The notes under the pieces are model-generated. The model was not told the origin of the DNA. It made no database searches and saw only the letters and a program-made list of their open reading frames with translations. A stretch of 64,000 nt of DNA, from NCBI GenBank assembly GCA_001796315.1, contig MGME01000004.1:3795-67794 (forward strand), written 5' to 3'. Made by a program: the position numbers and the translations under genes. Every line of letters starts with the position of its first letter. Position 1 is the first letter of the stretch. Below are positions 45,253-53,220 of this stretch, in pieces. Origin of the DNA: Chlamydiae bacterium RIFCSPLOWO2_12_FULL_49_12. GTDB taxonomy: Bacteria; Chlamydiota; Chlamydiia; Chlamydiales; Rhabdochlamydiaceae.

Positions 45253-46136
45253 TTTTTCAGCTCTCTTAGGGATGTCTGTATTCTCCATTTGGGCATTCTT
45301 ACGATAAAGCCAAAAGGAATCACGAAAGTTATCCAGAGCAGATGAAAAGAAGAGTGCCACTTGCGCACATAGGTTTTAAAGCTCTTGGCCATCTTTAGGT
45401 ATTTCCACGGTTTGGATTGGTGCAGAAAACTGCGACACCAGAAATCGATGCAGACCACCTCCGGAGAATAGACAATTTTGTAGCCCAGTCTTTTCACTTC
45501 CCGGCAGAGATCGACATCTTCAAACAGAATGAAATAGTTGGGATCAAATGCAAAACCGAGCTTGTCCATCATCTCTTTTCTTGTCAGCATGAAGCTGCCG
45601 CGTACAACAGCCACTTCCTGTTCGAGGTCGTCCCGAAAAGCATCATAGCGAAATTTGGGATGGTTGGTGCAAAAAAAGGGTCTTAGACCCAAAAAGACAA
45701 GCAGATAGGGAAAAAGATGCGGGAAACGGTGGGGCCTTAAGGCAGGATCTGGAACACCATGGAAGCTAATGAGCTTGCAGCTCATCAGGCCGATCTCCGG
45801 ACGACTATCCATCCGGTCTATTAATTGATCCAGATACCCCTCTTGCAGCTGCGTGTCGGGATTTAAAAAGAGGAGAAACCGCCCCTTTGCCTCTTTTAAG
45901 GCCCTGTTGTTTGCAGCAGCAAAGCCTCTATTCTCAAAGTTTTTGATCAGTTTCACGAAATGCAGATAGCCCTTTTCAATGAGTTCGCAAGTTCCATCCG
46001 TAGAGCCGTTATCCACAATGATGTGCTCATAAGAGCACTTTAAAGTGTTCGTAATGACGGATGAAATGCACAGATCGATGTATGCGATCGATTGATAGGT
46101 CACTGTAATAATGGTAAGATCCATCCTGTATTTCAC
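45243..46136 (-). CDS. GT2-family glycosyltransferase, paralog 1
   Basis: MDLTIITVTYQS...EHIIVDNGSTDGT...GFAAANNRALKEAKGRFLLFLNPD. Collinear with the downstream paralog. Confidence 0.8.
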   Translation of the reverse strand: MKYRMDLTIITVTYQSIAYIDLCISSVITNTLKCSYEHIIVDNGSTDGTCELIEKGYLHFVKLIKNFENRGFAAANNRALKEAKGRFLLFLNPDTQLQEGYLDQLIDRMDSRPEIGLMSCKLISFHGVPDPALRPHRFPHLFPYLLVFLGLRPFFCTNHPKFRYDAFRDDLEQEVAVVRGSFMLTRKEMMDKLGFAFDPNYFILFEDVDLCREVKRLGYKIVYSPEVVCIDFWCRSFLHQSKPWKYLKMAKSFKTYVRKWHSSFHLLWITFVIPFGFIVRMPKWRIQTSLRELKKWI

Positions 46137-46216
46137 AATAAGAATGTTTCTTGTTCATTTCTAGTTAATTTTTTACGTGTAAAAAACTTGAGAATTGCAT
46201 AAGGTATAGCCACAGC

Positions 46217-48562
46217 GTGGTTCAAAAATTGGGAATTTTACAACTGGCTCGCAAACATTCGGTTTTTCTCTTTTCGGGTTCTGTTGTCTTCTTATTTTGC
46301 GGTTCTCTTTGTGCGCAGACGATTGCGGAGAAAAAAGAGAGCATCGCCCAAAAAGAAGCCGCTCGGGGAGAGGAGCTTTTAAGAGAGGTCAACGGAGGGT
46401 TGAAAGCGCTTCGCGATGAGCTTGCCCGTCTCTACGAAAAGTCTCATCAGCTTCAAAGAGAGGGAGCTCAGGAAGAGGCGTATCAGCAGCTTCTTGCGGA
46501 GATTCAAAAAAAGCGAAAAGAGAGGGAGGAGCTGGAAGACGAGTGGCGCCGCAGCGTGGTTGAAGAGGCGAAAAGCGGAGAAGAGGGATATGCCCTCTGG
46601 GATCAGGAGGAGACGACGCTCTCTCAACTCGTGATGGAGTACGGGGCAATGGATTTTGTCTATGTCGTTCCTCCCGAGATGGCGTCGTTCAAGCTGAATC
46701 TTCACTCGAACATTCCGGTGCCGCGCGAATCCTGGGGCGAGGTTTTAGAGATCATCCTTGCCCATAACGGCATCGGCGTTAAAAAGCTCAATAGTTACGC
46801 GCGCCAGCTCTACATCCTGAAACAGGATCCTTCTGTTGTCACGCACATTGCCGCCAAGGAGGAAGACCTCGCCGTTATTCCCGCTCGCTCCCGTCTTTTT
46901 TATCTCCTCTCGCCTCCAGTCGAACAGGTCAAGACCCTCTTTCAGTTTTTTGAGCGTTTTTCGGATACAAAACAGACCTTTGTCTATCAAATCGGTTCCA
47001 AGATTGCCCTTGTCACCTTAAAAGAAGAGGTGGAAAAGCTGCTTGCGATCTATAACGCCGTCTGGGGAGGGAAGAGAGGCAGAATAGCGCGCATCATTCC
47101 CGTCACCAAAATGAATGTCAAAGAGATGGAGAAAATTTTAACGACTTTCTTTGGCGAAGCGCTTGAAAAGGGGCGCTCCCCCTTTGTGAAGGTGGAAAAT
47201 GAAGGCCTCTCTCTCTTTGCGCTCAATCAGGGAGGGGGGCTTGTTCTCATCGGCTCAGAGGAAGCTGTAGACCGTGCTGAAGAGATCGTCCGCGAAACGG
47301 AGGAGCAGCTCCAGGATCCTTCCGAGATGACTCTCTTTTTGTACACCTGCCGTCATAGCGATCCTGTAGAACTTTCCGCAGTGTTGGAAAAGGTGTACGA
47401 ATCGCTCTTTATGGCAGTCCCGCCAGACAAACGGGACAACGTCGACATCTCCTATGCCTACAAAGGCGGGCAGCCCAGGCCGCCCGACGGCTACCAGACA
47501 ACTCCTCCTCTTGTGGTCTCTCCCCCTCCCTTCAATCCGCCGACCCTCTCTCAGGTAGAGATGGACCGCAACGTCTCCGACCACTTCATCCCCGATCCCA
47601 AATCGGGAACCATTCTGATGGTGGTGCGCCGCGACGTTTTGGAAAAGATCAAAGAGCTCTTGAGGCGGCTTGACATCCCCAAACGGATGGTGCAGATCGA
47701 AGTGCTCCTCTTTGAAAAGCAGCTCAACTCGCAAAGCAGCATGGGGATGAATTTATTAAAGCTGGGAACATCGCGCAACGGCGTGAACTTTGAGGGAGAG
47801 AATGTCTCATCCGGGAGAGGGGTCTTTCAGTACCTCTTTTATCATGCGCGCACTCCCCACTTTCCCAAAGTGGACCTGGCGTTTAACTTTTTGATGTCGC
47901 AAGAAGATATTCAACTTAATGCGGCGCCCTCGGTTGTCACCGTGAATCAAACCCCCGCTACGATTGCCATCCAAGATGAGATCTCGATCAACAACGGGGC
48001 TGCTCCCATTGATACCAACAAGGGGATCGCCTTTGAAAAATCCTTCACACGGGCTCAATACGGGATCATCATTGTCGTCACTCCGACAGTTCATCTCTCG
48101 GATACCATGAAGGACTTCGAAGAAGGAAAAGGCAGCATCACCTTACAGACAAACATTACATTTGATACTCCCAAAGCCAATCCCAATGACCGTCCTGAGG
48201 TCAACCGCCGCCATATTGAAAACGAGGTGCGCGTCTCCGATGGAGAGACGGTGATTATCGGCGGCCTGCGCAAGAAAAATTTGCAGGATAGCGAAGACCG
48301 CATCCCCTTGATTGGAGAGATCCCCTTCTTCGGAAAATTTTTTGGGTCGACCAAGCTGATCGACAGAAATACGGAGATGTTTTTCTTTATCACGCCCAGG
48401 ATCATCTTAGACCCCAAAGAACAGCTCGAGCGGATCAAAAAAGAGGAGCTTAAGAAACGGCCCGGAGAGATTCCCGAGATGCTTGCACGTCTTGTTGACG
48501 CGCGGGAAAGAGAGAAAAAAAAGTTTTTTCGAAAGAGCTATCAAATGATTTTTGGCCTTTAG
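46217..48562 (+). CDS. gspD: Type II secretion system secretin
   Basis: Signal-like N-terminus and secretin C-domain: VRVSDGETVIIGGLRKKNLQDSEDRIPLIGEIPFFGKFFG...EMFFFITPRII. Followed by gspE and gspF. Confidence 0.9.
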   Translation: MVQKLGILQLARKHSVFLFSGSVVFLFCGSLCAQTIAEKKESIAQKEAARGEELLREVNGGLKALRDELARLYEKSHQLQREGAQEEAYQQLLAEIQKKRKEREELEDEWRRSVVEEAKSGEEGYALWDQEETTLSQLVMEYGAMDFVYVVPPEMASFKLNLHSNIPVPRESWGEVLEIILAHNGIGVKKLNSYARQLYILKQDPSVVTHIAAKEEDLAVIPARSRLFYLLSPPVEQVKTLFQFFERFSDTKQTFVYQIGSKIALVTLKEEVEKLLAIYNAVWGGKRGRIARIIPVTKMNVKEMEKILTTFFGEALEKGRSPFVKVENEGLSLFALNQGGGLVLIGSEEAVDRAEEIVRETEEQLQDPSEMTLFLYTCRHSDPVELSAVLEKVYESLFMAVPPDKRDNVDISYAYKGGQPRPPDGYQTTPPLVVSPPPFNPPTLSQVEMDRNVSDHFIPDPKSGTILMVVRRDVLEKIKELLRRLDIPKRMVQIEVLLFEKQLNSQSSMGMNLLKLGTSRNGVNFEGENVSSGRGVFQYLFYHARTPHFPKVDLAFNFLMSQEDIQLNAAPSVVTVNQTPATIAIQDEISINNGAAPIDTNKGIAFEKSFTRAQYGIIIVVTPTVHLSDTMKDFEEGKGSITLQTNITFDTPKANPNDRPEVNRRHIENEVRVSDGETVIIGGLRKKNLQDSEDRIPLIGEIPFFGKFFGSTKLIDRNTEMFFFITPRIILDPKEQLERIKKEELKKRPGEIPEMLARLVDAREREKKKFFRKSYQMIFGL

Positions 48563-48568
48563 ACTAGA

Positions 48569-50080
48569 ATGGCACATGCAGCGCAAGACCTTTCCCTCTA
48601 CCCCTTTGTGGAGAGTCAAACGCAAAGGCTTCCCTATGCCTTTGTGAAAAAAAGAGGGGTGCTCCCTCTTGGCGAAGAGGGGGGGCGGCTGCTCCTGGCT
48701 CTTTCAGATCCCTATGATCTGGAAACACTGGAAGAGGTGCGGTGCCTGCTCCGGACGCCCCTTGTCGAAGTTCTTGCTTCAGCGGAAGCGATTGAGGCCG
48801 CCATCGAGCGCTGTTATCACCAAAAAGAGGATGCTGCTTCCCAGCTCATCGCTTCTTTGTCTCTTGAGACTCCACAACAACAAGAGGAAGGGGAAGGGTA
48901 TGATCTTTTGGACAGAAGCGAAGGCTCTCCTGTCATTCAAATTCTCAACGCCATCTTGAAGGAGGCAATCGGCCAGGGAGCTTCCGACATTCACTTTGAA
49001 CCCCAGGAAGAGGGGGGCCTTACCGTGCGCTACCGTATTGACGGCGTTTTGAAGATGCGACACGCTCCTCCCAGAGAATATCAGGCTCAGCTCCTGACCC
49101 GCATCAAGGTGCTGGCGCAGCTCGATATTGCCGAACAGAGGCTTCCGCAGGACGGGCGGATCAAATTACAGCTGGGAGGAAGGGAGATAGATTTTCGAGT
49201 CAGTACGGTTCCCACGTCCCATGGAGAGAGGATTGTCTTGCGGATTTTGGATCGAAGCAACCTCCTTTTGGGGCTTGAAAAGATCGGAATGGAAGCCGCT
49301 CTTTTAGAGAAATTTAGACGGCTTATCTCCTTTTCCGAGGGAATCATCTTAGTCACGGGCCCAACCGGAAGCGGAAAGACGACAACCCTTTACAGCGCTC
49401 TTGTGGAGATGCAATCCGAAGAAGTGAACATCATGACCATTGAAGAGCCCATTGAGTATAAATTGCGAGGGATTGCGCAAATGGGAGTGAATCCAAAAAT
49501 CGATCTCACGTTTGCCAAAGGGCTCCGCCATATCTTAAGACAGGATCCCGATGTGATCATGATCGGAGAGATTCGGGACAAAGAGACCGCAGGCATTGCC
49601 ATCCAAAGCGCTTTGACGGGACATCTTGTTCTCAGCACCCTTCATACGAATGACGCACCTTCTGCTCTGACGCGTCTGGTGGACATGGGGATCGAGCCCT
49701 ATCTCCTTGCTTCGACGGTGATCGGCGTTTTGGCGCAAAGACTGGTACGCAAAATCTGCCCGCACTGCAAGACCTTAAGCTTTCGAGACGAGACAGAGGG
49801 CGCCCCTCAAAGCGCGCGCTTTTATGGAAAGGGATGCTCTCTCTGTTTTGAAACAGGATATAAAGGCAGGCTGGGGATTTATGAGCTCATGCCCATGTCG
49901 CATGAAGTGCAGCGGGCCCTTCTTGCAAGCCCCGACTCGATGCATCTCAAAGAGATCGCAAAGCAAAAGGGGCTGGTGCCTTTGCGCATCGCCGGAGAAG
50001 ATTTAGCGGCTCAAGGGACGACAACTCTAGCAGAGGTGCTTCGCGTGACGCGAGGAGGAGACGCGGATGCCGCTGTTTGA
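48569..50080 (+). CDS. gspE: Type II secretion ATPase
   Basis: Walker A VTGPTGSGKTTTLYS, the Asp box and Walker B (PDVIMIGEIRD), the His box (TGHLVLSTLHTN) and a tetracysteine motif CPHC...C..C. Confidence 0.95.
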   Translation: MAHAAQDLSLYPFVESQTQRLPYAFVKKRGVLPLGEEGGRLLLALSDPYDLETLEEVRCLLRTPLVEVLASAEAIEAAIERCYHQKEDAASQLIASLSLETPQQQEEGEGYDLLDRSEGSPVIQILNAILKEAIGQGASDIHFEPQEEGGLTVRYRIDGVLKMRHAPPREYQAQLLTRIKVLAQLDIAEQRLPQDGRIKLQLGGREIDFRVSTVPTSHGERIVLRILDRSNLLLGLEKIGMEAALLEKFRRLISFSEGIILVTGPTGSGKTTTLYSALVEMQSEEVNIMTIEEPIEYKLRGIAQMGVNPKIDLTFAKGLRHILRQDPDVIMIGEIRDKETAGIAIQSALTGHLVLSTLHTNDAPSALTRLVDMGIEPYLLASTVIGVLAQRLVRKICPHCKTLSFRDETEGAPQSARFYGKGCSLCFETGYKGRLGIYELMPMSHEVQRALLASPDSMHLKEIAKQKGLVPLRIAGEDLAAQGTTTLAEVLRVTRGGDADAAV

Positions 50081-51248
50081 ATACCGAGTCCTTACTCCTG
50101 AAGGAAAGAAGAGGAAGGGGGTGATCGATGCCGACGCGCTCTCTTTTGCCAAAGAAAAACTTCAAAGAGAGGGGCTTTTGCTCGTTGCGCTCCATTTGCA
50201 AAAAGAGAAGCGTCGAGAGATCGTCCTGCCCTCCGCGCTTCGGCTCTCTTTTACGCGCGAGCTCTATCAACTTCTTCGGGCAGGCCTTCCCCTCTACGAA
50301 AGTCTGCTTACCATTGAAGAAAAGTACCGTAAAAATCGCTCTCACTCCTTTTTTCTCGATGCCTGCGACTCTTTGAGATCGGGAAAGAGCCTCTCGGAGA
50401 TCTTGTCGCGCTATCGAAAGAGCTTTGATGGCATCTATTGTTCCATGGTGACAGCGGCAGAGCGTACAGGCGCGCTTGCCGCCGTCTTCGGACAGCTCAT
50501 GGAACTTCTCTCAAATCAGCAAAAAATCAAAAAACAGCTCATCGGCGCTTTGACATATCCCCTGCTTTTGGCCGTCTTTTGCCTCTTTTTAGTTTTAAGT
50601 CTTTTACTCTTTGTCATCCCCTCTCTCTCAGAGCTTTTTGAGGGAAGACGTCTCCATCCCTTCACAGAGAGCGTCCTTGCCCTCAGCCGCTTGACAAGGG
50701 CGTACGGCTTCCTCTTTTTGCTGACCCTTCTTACGTCAAGCGGGACTCTCTTGTTCTTTATAAAAAAAAGAGACCTCTCCCTCTCTTCCCTTTTCTTTCG
50801 GCTTCCTTTACTGCGCACCCTGGGAATTCAATTTACCCTTGTTCGCTTTTCACGCGCGGCGTCGCTTCTTTTAGAAGGCGGCGTTCCCCTCTTGCAGATG
50901 CTTAAGCTTTCCAAAGGCGTGGCGTCCTGGCCCCCTTTTCAAACTCTGATCGATGAAGCTTCTGCAAAAGTTCAAGAGGGGGAGGTTCTGAGCGTTCAGC
51001 TGGCAAAAGCGTCCTGGATTCCCTCTCTCGTTCCTCGAATGGTCGCCCTTGCAGAAGAGACGGGGCGTCTGAAAGAGATGCTAAAAAGCGTGGCTTTGAT
51101 TTATGAGGAGGAGCTTGATAAGAGCTTGTCTCAATTAACGGCCCTGCTTCAGCCCGCGCTGCTTCTCTTTCTGGGCGTGGTCGTAGGAGTGGTCCTTCTC
51201 TCCATCCTGCTGCCCCTGACAGATGTCAGTTCATTTTTATCTACCTAA
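50067..51248 (+). CDS. gspF: Type II secretion inner-membrane platform protein
   Basis: 393 aa with duplicated GspF domains and three TM regions. It overlaps gspE by 14 nt. Confidence 0.88.
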   Translation: MPLFEYRVLTPEGKKRKGVIDADALSFAKEKLQREGLLLVALHLQKEKRREIVLPSALRLSFTRELYQLLRAGLPLYESLLTIEEKYRKNRSHSFFLDACDSLRSGKSLSEILSRYRKSFDGIYCSMVTAAERTGALAAVFGQLMELLSNQQKIKKQLIGALTYPLLLAVFCLFLVLSLLLFVIPSLSELFEGRRLHPFTESVLALSRLTRAYGFLFLLTLLTSSGTLLFFIKKRDLSLSSLFFRLPLLRTLGIQFTLVRFSRAASLLLEGGVPLLQMLKLSKGVASWPPFQTLIDEASAKVQEGEVLSVQLAKASWIPSLVPRMVALAEETGRLKEMLKSVALIYEEELDKSLSQLTALLQPALLLFLGVVVGVVLLSILLPLTDVSSFLST

Positions 51249-51298
51249 AATAACAAGACGGGAACATAATGAAACTCACTTGCAAAATAAGGAGTCGG

Positions 51299-51730
51299 AT
51301 GACAAACAAAAGAAAGAGTACGATTACTCTTTTAGAGGTCATGATTGTCGTCTTGCTCATTGGGATCATCGGTTCTGTCCTGGGCTTCAACATGAAGGGC
51401 AGTTTAGATGAGGGGAAGGTCTTTAAATCGCGAGAAGGATCCAAGCAGCTCCGCGATATCCTGCTCATGCAGGAGACGGAGTATGATAAATTGAAGGCTG
51501 CCACCGCATCTCCAGAAACCATCAAAAAGGCGTTGATCGATTCCAAGATGGTTTCAAACGTTGAGCAGCTGATGAAAGACGGGTGGGGAAACCCATACGA
51601 CTATGAGATCACCGGCACGACAGAGGATTTTGATTTGAAGGTGACATCGAAAAGTTTGACAGCATTCGTAGATAAGAAAAAAAGCGACAAGCCGGCCGGC
51701 TCGGCCGCTCAAGGAACTGTACAAAACTAG
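51299..51730 (+). CDS. gspG: Type II secretion major pseudopilin-like protein
   Basis: Prepilin-type N-terminus KRKSTITLLEVMIVVLLIGIIGSV, plus a GspG-like body (DGWGNPYDY). The start could be ATG 51299 or 51269. Confidence 0.75.
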   Translation: MTNKRKSTITLLEVMIVVLLIGIIGSVLGFNMKGSLDEGKVFKSREGSKQLRDILLMQETEYDKLKAATASPETIKKALIDSKMVSNVEQLMKDGWGNPYDYEITGTTEDFDLKVTSKSLTAFVDKKKSDKPAGSAAQGTVQN

Positions 51731-52216
51731 ATGAAAGGAAGAAAACGGTCTTTTTCTCTCTTAGAGCTCTGTTGCTCTCTTTCTGTTCTCGGGGTGTTGT
51801 CAACCTGTTTAAGTTGGCAGATCCGTGATTTTTACCTGGTGCACCGTTTTCAAGAGGAAGTAAAGACTCTTCTTATTGACTTGAGGCTGGCGCAATCTCT
51901 GGCGCTCAGCTATCACACCGATTTTGAGGTCGCTTTTAATCGTGATCCTGCGGAAGGGAAGTGGTCCTATACAACCTCTACCGATGAGGGAATCGCACAG
52001 TTTACAAAAAAACAAAAAAAAACCTTTGAAAGTGTCGAGAAGATCTCTTTTACGGGGCCGGAGAAAACACCTCTCTCTTTTACCCTTACATTTTCGGAAT
52101 GCTCCGCTCCTCAGGGAGCGCTCTCTTTAGAAGGGAGAAAAAAACTGATTGAGGTTGATCTCAGAAGTTCCGCTCTGAGTGCAGCGAAAGATCCAAAAAA
52201 AAAGGGAAAGCTATGA
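51731..52216 (+). CDS. Minor pseudopilin-like protein (GspH-like?)
   Basis: The N-terminus KGRKRSFSLLELCCSLSVLGVLS has a prepilin-like leader and hydrophobic helix. It lies immediately after gspG. Confidence 0.6.
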   Translation: MKGRKRSFSLLELCCSLSVLGVLSTCLSWQIRDFYLVHRFQEEVKTLLIDLRLAQSLALSYHTDFEVAFNRDPAEGKWSYTTSTDEGIAQFTKKQKKTFESVEKISFTGPEKTPLSFTLTFSECSAPQGALSLEGRKKLIEVDLRSSALSAAKDPKKKGKL

Positions 52217-52674
52217 GACTTGTCAGTTCGGCTTTTAAGCATGAAGGCAAGATTCCCTTCAACTATACCTGCGATGGGAAGGGGATAAGCCCTCCTCTTG
52301 AGATCCGGCAGATCCCTTCCGGATCCAAAAGCCTCGTTTTGATCATGGATGATCCGGACGTTCCCCGGTCGATTCGCGCGGATGGAATGTGGGACCATTG
52401 GATTGTTTTTAATATTTCCCCGTCTACCGCTTCCATTGCCGAAGGAGAGCAACCGCGGGGAGTGGCAGGGAAAGGAACCGGAGGCGATCTTTTCTACAGC
52501 GGCCCCTGCCCGCCCGATCGGGAGCACCGCTATTTCTTTAAGGTCTATGCCCTGGACGTTCTTCTTGATTTGAAAGAAGGAGCCAAGAAGGCAGAGGTGG
52601 AACAGGCCATGCAAGGACACATCTTGTCAGAGGCAGCCTTGATGGGTAAGTATGAGCGCAGGCAGCGCCGTTAA
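52213..52674 (+). CDS. YbhB/YbcL-family phosphatidylethanolamine-binding protein (PEBP)
   Basis: FKHEGKIPFNYTCDGKGISPPLE...LIMDDPDVP...HWIVFNI...GPCPPDREHRYFFKVYALD are canonical bacterial PEBP motifs. Confidence 0.88.
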   Translation: MRLVSSAFKHEGKIPFNYTCDGKGISPPLEIRQIPSGSKSLVLIMDDPDVPRSIRADGMWDHWIVFNISPSTASIAEGEQPRGVAGKGTGGDLFYSGPCPPDREHRYFFKVYALDVLLDLKEGAKKAEVEQAMQGHILSEAALMGKYERRQRR

Positions 52675-52779
52675 TCCTTGACAATCTATTTCTTTAATCC
52701 TTAATGTGGGGTTTGTAGAATTTTAAATGATGAACCCCTTTTTTTCGGGGGTTCACGATCACCCAATTGGAGGTAAGAT

Positions 52780-53157
52780 ATGGATAAGGCAATCTGGTTG
52801 GCCGGAATTTTCGGCCCCTTTTTGACCATCTGGGGACTGTGGATGCTTCTCTACAGTGAGAACCTGGTTAAAGTCATGACCTCGGTCAAAAATACACCTG
52901 GAGCTTTTTATCTGATGGGCATGCTGAATCTGCTCCTTGGTTTGATCATTGTCAACATGTACAACGTCTGGATGTGGCATCCCGCCGTTCTCGTCACACT
53001 CCTTGGCTGGGTGTTATTGATCCGGGGAGTGCTCTCTCTCTTCGTTCCCCAGTTGATCATCAAATATACGATGACAGATCATGCCGTGATGCGCGCCATT
53101 GGTTTAATTCCCCTCGTTTGGGGCCTGGCCCTGTGGTGGTTTGCATTTTTTAGATAA
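52780..53157 (+). CDS. Small integral membrane protein (125 aa, 4 TM)
   Basis: GGAGG lies 8 nt upstream of the ATG. There are four hydrophobic helices. No family recognised. Confidence 0.6.
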   Translation: MDKAIWLAGIFGPFLTIWGLWMLLYSENLVKVMTSVKNTPGAFYLMGMLNLLLGLIIVNMYNVWMWHPAVLVTLLGWVLLIRGVLSLFVPQLIIKYTMTDHAVMRAIGLIPLVWGLALWWFAFFR

Positions 53158-53220
53158 ACCCCTCCGTTTAAGGAAGGGTAGGGTTTGGGGGAGGTTTGCG
53201 ATGCGCCTCCCCTTTGTTTT

